DNA of 32,000 bases from an uncultured Chloroflexia bacterium. GTDB lineage: Bacteria; Chloroflexota; Ktedonobacteria; Ktedonobacterales; JADMIN01. Below are positions 17,212 to 25,160 of this stretch, piece after piece. The number at the start of each line of letters is the position of its first letter. Positions within the stretch are counted from its first letter, which is position 1. The notes beneath the pieces were generated by a model. The model ran no database searches, was not told the origin of the DNA, and saw only the letters and a list, made by a program, of their open reading frames with translations. Position numbers and translations under genes: made by a program. Where the stretch lies: contig CAVRAI010000009.1 of NCBI GenBank assembly GCA_963718915.1, positions 290,589-322,588 of the forward strand. The letters are read 5' to 3'.

Positions 17212-17367
17212 GCGACTGAAGTCGCGCCTGAAGGGCCTGCGGCCACCAAGTCCGCCTGCGCGGACTTCCCAGACCCTGCCCCAACGGAATACCCGATGGC
17301 ACGCGATTCTGTGAAACCCGCGCAGGCGGGTTTTGTGGCGGAGCGGCAGCGAGGCCCTTCAGGCGCG
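17212..17367. repeat. Nested palindromic element (BIME/MITE-like) between the CoA-ligase and small-subunit genes
   Basis: A 16-bp perfect outer stem pairs 17223-17238 with 17352-17367. It encloses two 8-bp hairpins, aagtccgc-ctgc-gcggactt (17248-17267) and aaacccgc-gcag-gcgggttt (17314-17333). These are reverse-complement copies that differ by compensatory base pairs. Confidence 0.6.
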
Positions 17368-17411
17368 GTTTTAACCGCCCGCGCTCTCACCCGCTGGCAC
17401 TCCCCGCGCTC

Positions 17412-18716
17412 TCACTCCGCCATCACAATGCGCCGCGCCTTCAACTCGTAGCGTGGCAGCGATCCCGGAGCGACCGACCGCACCGGCACGCGCAGACTCA
17501 GCGCCTGGCGCAGCGCCGCCTCGACAGCGGACACGGTCGCCTCAGGGCATTCTACTTCTAGCTCGATCTCATCCATCGCGCCAGCCTTCAGCCGCGTGAT
17601 GCGATACTCTTCGATCTCCGGGAAGCCACGCAACACGTCCTCGATGCTGGAGGGATACACATTGACACCGCGCACGATCAGCATGTCGTCCACCCGCCCC
17701 AGCACACCTCCCGGCAGCGTCAGATAGGTACGCCCGCAGGGACACCGCGTCGCGCCGCGCTGTACCAGATCACCCGTCCGATAGCGAATGGCGGGGCAAC
17801 CCCATCGCCCCAGGTTGGTCAGCACTAGCTCGCCGCGCTCGCTCTCAGCCACCGGCTCGTTGGTGACTGGATCGAGAATCTCGGCGATGAACTCCTCCTC
17901 GTTGACGTGGACGGCGTCCTGATTGAGACAGGTGAAGCCGTACGCCCCCATCTCAGTCATGCCGATATGGTCGTAGGCGCGCGCGCCCCAAAGCTCCTCG
18001 ATGCGCCGCCGCGTGTTGGGAATCGACGCGCCCGGCTCGCCCGCATGAACGGTGACGCGGATATTTGACGCTGCCGTGTCGATGCCCTCGGCGCGGCCCA
18101 CCTCGGCCAGATGCAGCGCGTAGGTCGGCGTGCAGATGAGCGCCGTCGATTGCGTCTCCATGATCGAGCGCAGCCGCTGCACAGAGGTCTGGCCGCCACC
18201 GGGAATCACCAGCGCGCCAACCCGTTTCGCGCCCTCATAGGCCGACCAGAAGCCGATGAACGGCCCAAACGAGAACGCCAGATAGACGATATCCTCGCTG
18301 GTGACGCCCGCCGCGTGCAGGATCACCGTCCAGCAGTCCGCCCACCAGTCCCAGCTTTCAGTCGTATCGAGAATCTTGAGCGGACGCCCCGTTGTGCCAG
18401 AGGTCTGGTGCAGGCGCACATAGTCACGCAGCGGGAAGCTCAAGTTGCTGCCGTAAGGCGGATGCTCGCTCTGGTCGCGCACCAGATCGGCCTTGGTGGT
18501 AAAGGGCAGGCTCGTGAAATCGGCGAAGTCGGCAAGCGGCTGGCTGGCGAGGTCACCCAACCGGCGCTGATAGAACGCATTGCCGGGCAGCGCGCGTCGC
18601 AGGCCGTTCCGCAGGCGGTTGAGCTGGAAGGTCGCGATCTCGTCGCGGCTGGCCGCCTGGAGCATGGGCCGCGCGCCTCCACGCTGACTGACCGACGACG
18701 CGGGATGCGAGTACAT
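17412..18716 (-). CDS. Phenylacetate-CoA ligase family (PaaK / F390-synthetase-like) adenylate-forming enzyme
   Basis: LPFTTKADLV, HQTSGTTGRPL, and a C-terminal ACT-like end typical of the PaaK family. Start set at ATG 18716 with AGGAGG 8 nt upstream. Confidence 0.85.
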   Translation of the reverse strand: MYSHPASSVSQRGGARPMLQAASRDEIATFQLNRLRNGLRRALPGNAFYQRRLGDLASQPLADFADFTSLPFTTKADLVRDQSEHPPYGSNLSFPLRDYVRLHQTSGTTGRPLKILDTTESWDWWADCWTVILHAAGVTSEDIVYLAFSFGPFIGFWSAYEGAKRVGALVIPGGGQTSVQRLRSIMETQSTALICTPTYALHLAEVGRAEGIDTAASNIRVTVHAGEPGASIPNTRRRIEELWGARAYDHIGMTEMGAYGFTCLNQDAVHVNEEEFIAEILDPVTNEPVAESERGELVLTNLGRWGCPAIRYRTGDLVQRGATRCPCGRTYLTLPGGVLGRVDDMLIVRGVNVYPSSIEDVLRGFPEIEEYRITRLKAGAMDEIELEVECPEATVSAVEAALRQALSLRVPVRSVAPGSLPRYELKARRIVMAE

Positions 18717-18775
18717 CGTGCCAACCTCCTGCCCTGTCAGCAACTCTCGGCTCATGCTGGCGCGCTACGCGATCA

Positions 18776-19606
18776 TCAGCGGGATGCGTCCATGGCCTGC
18801 GCAATGGCCTCCGCCTCATCGCGGAGCAACTCGCCCGCGCGGATCATCGCGTCGCCATCGAGGCGGGTGGCGAACCCTACCACCCACAGCAGGCCTGCCA
18901 GCGCCCCGCCCAGCCCGCGAATCGGCACGGCCACCGCGTTGACCCCCGCCAGATATTCCTCGTGATCCATACCGACACCACTCTGCGTGGTCTCTGCCAC
19001 GGCTGCCAGGAACTGATCGGGGTCGGTGACCGTATGCTCGGTAAAATGCGGCAACGGATGCGCGCGCAGGTACTCCTCACAGCGAGTGGACGGCCAGGAC
19101 GCCAGCACAACGCGACCCACCGCGGCGGCCAGCAACGGCACATGCGTGCCGGGAGCGGCGGAGATATGCAGCGCCGAGGGGTCATTCTCAGCATTGCAGC
19201 GATCGACGATGCGCACGTGATCTCCCTCGACCCGGCCAAGGAAAATCGTCTCGCCAATCTCGCTTGCCAGGCGACGCATACCCGGCAGCGCGAAACGGCG
19301 CAACCCCGCACGCTGGCTATAGGCGAGCGCGAGATCGTAGATACGCGGCCCCACCACATAGCGGCGACCATCCATCTGCTCGATTGCGCGCGCTCGTTCG
19401 AGCGATTTGAGCAGCCCGTGCAGGCTGCCCTTGCTGATGCCGAGCGCGCGCACCAGGTCGGAGAAGGTCAGCCCATCTTCGGAGGCGCTGAGCAGATCCA
19501 GCAGCCGGAAGGTGCGCTCGACCATCGGCGTGGATGCGCCCGTTATGGCATCGTCAGCCTGCCGCGGCTCGCGTTGTTCAATATGGCGAACTGATGGTTC
19601 CGTCAT
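18776..19606 (-). CDS. IclR-family transcriptional regulator (probably translated from a leaderless mRNA)
   Basis: N-terminal wHTH (ERTFRLLDLLSASEDGLTFSDLVRALGISKGSLHGLLKSL) and a C-terminal IclR effector domain. ATG 19606 lies 7 nt after a CATAAT -10 box and has no SD. Confidence 0.85.
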   Translation of the reverse strand: MTEPSVRHIEQREPRQADDAITGASTPMVERTFRLLDLLSASEDGLTFSDLVRALGISKGSLHGLLKSLERARAIEQMDGRRYVVGPRIYDLALAYSQRAGLRRFALPGMRRLASEIGETIFLGRVEGDHVRIVDRCNAENDPSALHISAAPGTHVPLLAAAVGRVVLASWPSTRCEEYLRAHPLPHFTEHTVTDPDQFLAAVAETTQSGVGMDHEEYLAGVNAVAVPIRGLGGALAGLLWVVGFATRLDGDAMIRAGELLRDEAEAIAQAMDASR

Positions 19607-19613
19607 GTCAATC

Positions 19614-19642
19614 ATTATGATTTGATGATTGCTGGATGTCAA
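19614..19642 (-). promoter_or_regulatory. Candidate IclR promoter
   Basis: Minus strand reads TTGACA (19637-19642), a 17-nt spacer, then CATAAT (19614-19619), followed by gattgac and ATG. Confidence 0.5.
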
Positions 19643-19831
19643 CCCCATTGATACGAGCCAGGGGATTGACAAAATATCGCGCAACGATAAAACTAATGGC
19701 AACAAATTACTCGAAGGTTGAGCGCGTATCACCGCACATGCGAATACGCGCCGAGCCTGAAAAATGTGGATATTGAACGTGATGCTTCATAGAAGTGGCA
19801 TGAGTGTTCGCATTGACAATAATCGGGTATC

Positions 19832-19860
19832 TTGACAATTCACAGCCTGTCGAACATACT
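19832..19860 (+). promoter_or_regulatory. Candidate promoter for the MFS transporter / CoA-ligase unit
   Basis: TTGACA (19832-19837), a 17-nt spacer, then CATACT (19855-19860). A second TTGACA at 19813-19818 has no matching -10. Confidence 0.35.
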
Positions 19861-19872
19861 TGCTCACATTAA

Positions 19873-19887
19873 CGAACGACTCGTTCG
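19873..19887. promoter_or_regulatory. Palindrome CGAACGA-C-TCGTTCG, candidate IclR operator
   Basis: Perfect 7-bp arms centred on 19880, about +6 to +20 relative to the candidate MFS promoter. More GTTCG/CGAAC pentamers occur at 19806 and 19851. Confidence 0.35.
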
Positions 19888-20085
19888 CTATTGTGAACAT
19901 GACAGGTCGCTACGCGCCATGCTCACACCATGCCACCGTAGCGTTGCGAAAGGAGGTCTCAACAAACCGCATCGATACTTTGGTGACAGCGCAACCTGCC
20001 AGGAGCTTCCTCTCGTCGTCAGGCCGCACACAGTCCGTGTTGGCCACGTGCTCTTTGCGCCGGGGATCCGGCGTCGCACACTGAG

Positions 20086-21639
20086 TTGAAAGCAGGTGGT
20101 ATAGTGTCAGCTCCTTCCCGCTCCGCGGGCCAGATCATTGCACGCCTGGACCGCATCACCGTCTGGGCCCTGCCGTTCGCGTTCCTGTTCACCATCGGTC
20201 TGGGCTTCCTCTTTACCTTCTACGACATCTTCGATATCAATGTCTCGTTCATCCAGACCTGCACGCAAATTGTGCCGAAGTGTCTGGCTGGCCCACCGCC
20301 AGGAGCCATCAGTCTTCCACCAGGATTCGTCGAGGCGTCCGATAAGATCGGCCTGCCCGTGCTGTGGAACCTGATTGGCTACGTTATCGGCGCGTTGACC
20401 CTCGGTCCGCTGGCGGACCGCTTCGGGCGCCGCAATATGCTGCTGGTCACGCTGTTGATCACCGGCCTCGGCTCGCTGGCCACCGCCTTCGTCGGCAACT
20501 ATGGCTCGCTGGATACCCTCTGGGCGGGTGGGGCGTACACGACGTTTATCATCGCCCGCACCATCACCGGCATTGGCATCGGCGCCGATTTGGCAATCGT
20601 TAACACCTACATCAATGAGGTTGCCCCGCAGGGCGGACGCGCCAAGTATACGTCGCTCATCTTCTTCTGCTCGGCGCTGGGCGCGTTCGTGGGCATCTGG
20701 CTTGGCCTCATCCTGACCACGCCCGCGGCGGCGTTCCCGCTCGGCCTCTCCTTCGCGCAGGTGACAGTGAATCCCAATACCGGCGTCTTCATGGGCGACG
20801 GCTGGAGGATCATGTACATCGTCGGCGCCGCGCTAGCGCTCATCGGCATTTTGCTGCGCGTACAACTGCCCGAATCGCCGCGCTGGCTGGCGGTACGAGG
20901 GCGCATCGATGAAGCTGATGCCGTGGTCCTTGATATGGAAAAGCGTGCATCGCGGAAGCAGACGCTGGCGCCCGTCGGCGCCGATGTGCCGATGCCTACA
21001 CGCGAGCCGCGTGCGGGCTATACTGAGATCCTGACTAACCCGCTCTACCTGAAACGCGTCTTGCTGGTGTTGGCAGTCTGGTCGTTCGCCTACGTCACCG
21101 TCTACACAATTGCTGCGGGCTTCACTTCAGTCCTCTCGTCGCTAGGCTACCCACCTCCAGAGGCCGGACTGATTGCAGCCATCGGCACCATCGGCTTCAT
21201 CGCCTGCGCATTGGTCGCCTACTTCTTCAGCGAGCGGCTGGAGCGCAAGACGTGGCTGCCGATAGGGGCAGTGATTACGCTGATCGGCGGCGTGATGATC
21301 GCGCTTGCCGGACACGCTGCGTCACCGACCGAGATCCCCTGGGTGGCGTTCATTGGCGCGGTGATTCTGTTCTTCGGCTTCAACGTCTGGGTGCCCATGA
21401 CCTATACGTGGTCGACCGAGAACTTTCCCACGCGGGCGCGCACGACGGGATATGCGCTGTCCGATGGCATTGGGCACGTCGGCGGTGGCATTGGCCTGGT
21501 GCTCATCGTGCCGCTGCTGGGGGGGTTGGGTGCGCTACCAGCCTTCCTGGTGATCGCAGCCTTCCTGATCGTCGCGGCCGTCCTGGCCCAGTTCGGCGTC
21601 TCGACGCGCAAGCAGACGCTCGAAAAGATTGCGCCATAG
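20086..21639 (+). CDS. MFS transporter (metabolite/aromatic-acid:H+ symporter-like)
   Basis: 12-TM-type profile and the motif GPLADRFGRRNML between TM2 and TM3. The track start is TTG 20086. GTG 20104, with AGGTGG 4 nt upstream, is a plausible alternative start. Confidence 0.85.
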   Translation: MKAGGIVSAPSRSAGQIIARLDRITVWALPFAFLFTIGLGFLFTFYDIFDINVSFIQTCTQIVPKCLAGPPPGAISLPPGFVEASDKIGLPVLWNLIGYVIGALTLGPLADRFGRRNMLLVTLLITGLGSLATAFVGNYGSLDTLWAGGAYTTFIIARTITGIGIGADLAIVNTYINEVAPQGGRAKYTSLIFFCSALGAFVGIWLGLILTTPAAAFPLGLSFAQVTVNPNTGVFMGDGWRIMYIVGAALALIGILLRVQLPESPRWLAVRGRIDEADAVVLDMEKRASRKQTLAPVGADVPMPTREPRAGYTEILTNPLYLKRVLLVLAVWSFAYVTVYTIAAGFTSVLSSLGYPPPEAGLIAAIGTIGFIACALVAYFFSERLERKTWLPIGAVITLIGGVMIALAGHAASPTEIPWVAFIGAVILFFGFNVWVPMTYTWSTENFPTRARTTGYALSDGIGHVGGGIGLVLIVPLLGGLGALPAFLVIAAFLIVAAVLAQFGVSTRKQTLEKIAP

Positions 21640-21664
21640 GGATAAATAGAGATAAGCAACTGAT

Positions 21665-21691
21665 CCGCCAGGGCGTGGGGCGTCCTGGCGG
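21665..21691 (+). terminator. Hairpin after the MFS gene
   Basis: ccgccagg (21665-21672) and cctggcgg (21684-21691) form an 8-bp stem that can extend into the loop. It lies 26 nt after the stop and has only a weak T-tract. Confidence 0.35.
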
Positions 21692-21724
21692 CGTGTATGT
21701 GATAAGAGTCACCGAGGAGGCGGC

Positions 21725-23419
21725 ATGATTGTGCGCAGTCTGGACCCGGACGTCGCCATCTCAGACATGTCGTTCGCGCCGTACGTGCTACGTCAGGCGG
21801 AGCGCGTGGCTGATAAGCTGGCGCTGATCGATGGGGTCGATGGCCGCGCATATACGTATGGGGAGGTCGCCACCATCGTGCGCCGTCTGGCGGCTGGCCT
21901 CTCTCGGCGCGGCTTCGGCAAGGGCGACGTGCTGGCGCTCTTTAGCACCAATTGCATTGAATATCCGCTGGTCTTCCTGGCCGCCGCGCTGTTGGGCGGC
22001 ATAACAACCACCATTAACCCGACATACACCGTTGGCGAGCTGGCCTACCAGCTGAACGACGCCGGGGCAAAGTATCTCGTCTCAGCGCCAGCGGTGGTCG
22101 AGAAGGCACTGGAGGCGAAAGCGCAGTCGCGGGTAGAGGAGATTTTCACCCTGGGCGAGCCGCTGACGGCTACTCCAGCGGTCGAGACTGTGGCATGGCA
22201 AGGCTCAGCAGGCCGTGGCAACCTGGTGAGTCGCTGGCTGCGACGCGGGCGAGCAGCCAAGAAGCAATCCACGCGGGCAGCCAAATCCGCATCTGATGTG
22301 ACGCCGCTCGTCGAACTGCTGGCGAACGATGGCAAGACGCCAGCGGTGACAATCGATGTCGCCGAGGACGTGGTGGCGCTGCCCTATTCTAGCGGCACGA
22401 CCGGTCTGGCAAAGGGTGTGATGCTGACCCACCGCAACCTGGTGGCGAACCTCTGCCAGATGGAGCCGTCCGGGCTGGTGACCAGTGAAGATGTCGTCAT
22501 CGGCGTGCTGCCCTTCTACCACATCTACGGCCTGACGGTGATCCTGGCGCAGGGCCTCGCCAACGGAGCAACCATCGTCAGCTTGCCACGCTTCGATTTC
22601 GCTCAGTTCCTGCAGACGATGCAAGACCAGCGCGTGACGGTCGGCTTCACGGCGCCGCCGATCATGCTGGCTCTGGCCAAACAGTCACTCGTCGATAACT
22701 ACGACCTCACACGCCTGCGTATCGCCATGTCCGCCGCAGCGCCGCTAGCGCGCGAGGTGGAGGAGGTTGTCGCCCGACGCCTGGGATGTCTGGTGGTGCA
22801 GGGATGGGGCTTGACCGAGACCAGCCCGGACGTGACACTCAGCCCAATTGACACGGCGCTTGCACGGCTCGGGTCGGTGGGCCAATGTATCCCAAACGCT
22901 GAATGCAAGGTGGTCGATATCGCGACGGGGGACGAACTGGGACCGCATCAGGAGGGTGAGATCTGGGCGCGCGGCCCACAGATTATGAAGGGTTATCTAA
23001 ACAATCCCGCCGCCACCGCCGATATGCTGGACGGCGAGGGCTGGCTGCGCACCGGCGACATCGGCTATTTTGATGAGGACGGATATTTCTTCATCGTCGA
23101 CCGGCTGAAGGAGCTGATCAAATACAAGGGCTATCAGGTGGCTCCGGCGGAGTTGGAGGGCATACTGCTGACACACTCGGCCGTGGCCGATGCGGCGGTG
23201 ATTCCCAGTCGTGATGAGGAGGCGGGCGAGGCGCCCAAGGCCTTCGTAGCGCTCAAGCCGGGAACAACAGCCACCGCCGACGAGCTGATGGCCTATGTCG
23301 CCGAGCGGGTTGCTCCCTACAAACGTATCCGGCGACTGGAGTTCGTCGATCAGGTGCCGAAGTCGCCATCGGGCAAGATCCTGCGGCGCGTGCTGGTGGA
23401 GCGCGAGCGCGCGACGTGA
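21725..23419 (+). CDS. AMP-dependent acyl/aryl-CoA ligase, 4-coumarate-CoA-ligase-like
   Basis: LPYSSGTTGLAKGV (A3 motif), GEIWARGPQIMKGYLNNP, WLRTGDIGYFDEDGYFFIVDRLKELIKYKGYQVAPAELE, and the terminal PKSPSGKILRR. GAGGAGG RBS. Confidence 0.95.
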   Translation: MIVRSLDPDVAISDMSFAPYVLRQAERVADKLALIDGVDGRAYTYGEVATIVRRLAAGLSRRGFGKGDVLALFSTNCIEYPLVFLAAALLGGITTTINPTYTVGELAYQLNDAGAKYLVSAPAVVEKALEAKAQSRVEEIFTLGEPLTATPAVETVAWQGSAGRGNLVSRWLRRGRAAKKQSTRAAKSASDVTPLVELLANDGKTPAVTIDVAEDVVALPYSSGTTGLAKGVMLTHRNLVANLCQMEPSGLVTSEDVVIGVLPFYHIYGLTVILAQGLANGATIVSLPRFDFAQFLQTMQDQRVTVGFTAPPIMLALAKQSLVDNYDLTRLRIAMSAAAPLAREVEEVVARRLGCLVVQGWGLTETSPDVTLSPIDTALARLGSVGQCIPNAECKVVDIATGDELGPHQEGEIWARGPQIMKGYLNNPAATADMLDGEGWLRTGDIGYFDEDGYFFIVDRLKELIKYKGYQVAPAELEGILLTHSAVADAAVIPSRDEEAGEAPKAFVALKPGTTATADELMAYVAERVAPYKRIRRLEFVDQVPKSPSGKILRRVLVERERAT

Positions 23420-23512
23420 GCTATCCCCACGCAAATGCCGTGCCTCCGGGCAAGATACGCATGACGCGCCTTGTCTGGGGGCCATGTCTGTTGGTGGCTG
23501 TGCGAAGATGAT

Positions 23513-23629
23513 TCAACGATTGTTGCTTCGTCGCTTTGGGCCAAATACCAACACGGCCACAAGAGCCACTATAACCACCAGACCGACAAGAGCCACTACA
23601 AGAACCGCAACCGGTGAAATACTAACCAT
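23513..23629 (-). CDS. Small hydrophobic peptide (38 aa, one TM helix, basic C-terminus), below the ORF-track cutoff
   Basis: Hand translation gives MVSISPVAVLVVALVGLVVIVALVAVLVFGPKRRSNNR. AGGGAGGGG sits 4 nt upstream of ATG 23629. Four in-frame stops (TAG..TGA TAA TAG) precede it, directly after the EamA gene. Confidence 0.45.
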   Translation of the reverse strand: MVSISPVAVLVVALVGLVVIVALVAVLVFGPKRRSNNR

Positions 23630-23653
23630 ATCCCCTCCCTATTATCACTCATG

Positions 23654-24493
23654 CTACGTCGAGATGAGCGGAATTGCCAGCAGCGCCAGCAGAACGTCCG
23701 TCGCCTGGATGCGCTGCACCCGCTCGCGCAGCACAAGCGCCGCCAGCAGGACGGTGGCCGCCGGATAGAGCGAGGAGAGGATCGCCGCGATATCGAGGCG
23801 ACCGCTATGTGCGGCCAGCACGAAGAAGGTATTGCCGACGGCGTCCAGGATGCCTGTGGCCACCACCAGCCATGCGACGTTTCTCCCCGGCAAAATTGGC
23901 TGCCGCCGCGCCAGCAGCACGATCAGAAGGAAGATGACCGAGACAAAGCGCGCCATCGCCAGCGGCCAGAAGACGGCGCCAGGGCTGACACGGCTGATGA
24001 GGATGAAGAAGCAGCCAAAACCGCAGCCCGCCAGCAAGGCCAGACCGATCCCTTTGGGCGATCCTCCGGCGCGGTCCGGGCGCGATATCAGCCCAATCGC
24101 CAGCAGCGCCAGCACGAAGCCGCCCAGTTGCAGCGGATGGGGAAGCCCGGTGGTGAAGATGCTGAAGAGGACGGGAAGTGTCGCCGTCAATATGGCCGAG
24201 ACGGGAGCGGCCAACCCCATCTTCCCGGATGCGAGGGCGGAATAGAACGCCAGCAGCCCCAGCACGCCCGCCAGACCAGCCAGCCCGCCCCAGAGCAGAT
24301 CGATGGGCGGGGGAATGGCTCGCGCCAGATCAGCGCCAACGAGACCAGCAGCACAAGCCCTATCGTATACGCGCCGACGATGACGCTAGATGCGTTTGCG
24401 CGACGGGAGGCCAAGCCCGCCGCTAAAGTCACCGCTGCCCCAGCACAGGGAAGCGCTGAGTCCAAAGATGACGGTGGCGAAGAGGTGATCCAT
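23654..24493 (-). pseudogene. EamA/DMT-family transporter, reading frame broken twice
   Basis: Three consecutive minus-frame pieces read MDHLFATVIFGLSASLCWGSGDFSGG | LASRRANASSVIVGAYTIGLVLLVSLALIWREPFPRPS | DLLWGGLAGLAGVLGLLAFYSALASGKMGLAAPV...(203-aa track ORF). The breaks are at about 24411-24416 (+1) and about 24298-24303 (-1). Confidence 0.7.
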
Positions 24494-24545
24494 AAGCAAC
24501 CTTGAGCAATTGGTACGAGGCCCGCAATGCGCCCCAGCGCAACGC

Positions 24546-24569
24546 GGCGCGGCTATGAATTGCCGCGCC
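24546..24569 (-). terminator. Hairpin downstream of the PPOX/RibD_C pair
   Basis: ggcgcggc (24546-24553) and gccgcgcc (24562-24569) form an 8-bp GC stem with an 8-nt loop, 70 nt after the stop at 24640. Confidence 0.3.
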
Positions 24570-24639
24570 TATGATATAGTCTATCACCGCAGCGGTGATG
24601 AATACCCGTTGCGCTCTGGATGTGACAAACGGTGTCGCG

Positions 24640-25158
24640 CTAGAAGCGCCAGCGAGTCGCGCCGTATGGCTCCTCAGTCGCCACGCCATATGCTACAACA
24701 GGCGTCATGACGTAGAGGTTCCAGGGAGATGGTCCGGCGCTCGGCGCGCTGTATGCGGCGGTGATGACGTCGTCGCCCGCGCTGGCTGGCCATCCCTGCG
24801 CCGCGTAGCGCTCCGCGATGCGCTGTAGCGTGGCCCGGTCGGTCACCCGCGACGCGGTCCCCTCGATGACAAGGTCGAGCGTCGGCAGGTTGACCGAGAT
24901 GGCGCAGTGCGCGTTCTCGGCCAGGTTGCGGCTCTTGCGCGTTCCCTCGCCGCTCGTGAAGTAGAACGTGCCGTCAACCCAGAGCGCGCCTACTCCCGCG
25001 ACGTGTGGCCGCCCGTCGGCGGAGGTGGTTGCCAGCCAGAAGGTTTTCTTCGCATCGGTGGTGGCGACGTTCTCCAACTCTTCGAGCGCGCGCGACCATG
25101 GCAGCGGCGGGTCTCCATAGATGTCGAGGTTCTTCTGGTCCATACCATGTTCCTGCAT
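24640..25158 (-). CDS. Pyridoxamine 5'-phosphate oxidase-family (split-barrel flavin/deazaflavin-binding) protein
   Basis: The 172-aa ORF has the family pattern ...TFWLATTSADGRPHVAGVGALWVDGTFYFTSGEGTRKSRNL... GGAGGG lies 6 nt upstream of the ATG, inside the end of the upstream gene. Confidence 0.8.
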   Translation of the reverse strand: MQEHGMDQKNLDIYGDPPLPWSRALEELENVATTDAKKTFWLATTSADGRPHVAGVGALWVDGTFYFTSGEGTRKSRNLAENAHCAISVNLPTLDLVIEGTASRVTDRATLQRIAERYAAQGWPASAGDDVITAAYSAPSAGPSPWNLYVMTPVVAYGVATEEPYGATRWRF

Positions 25159-25160
25159 CG

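Noticed and set aside
12996-17220. Shared features between the palindromic elements (tgaa hairpin loops at 12996 and 17217; the 11-mer ccggcgaatgg at 13005 and 16596) as evidence for one repeat family
   Set aside because: Matches of 11 nt are expected by chance in 32 kb of biased-composition DNA, and the stems otherwise share no sequence.
17212-17367. Calling the nested palindrome a bona fide MITE / mobile element
   Set aside because: I see no target-site duplication directly flanking the outer inverted repeat, no second copy in this window and no transposase. It is kept as a repeat of unknown nature.
19949-19957. Consensus Shine-Dalgarno AAAGGAGGT in the MFS leader as the start of a small ORF
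   Set aside because: There is no ATG, GTG or TTG within 5-15 nt downstream, and the nearest TTG is about 27 nt away. It is kept only as a note within the leader finding.
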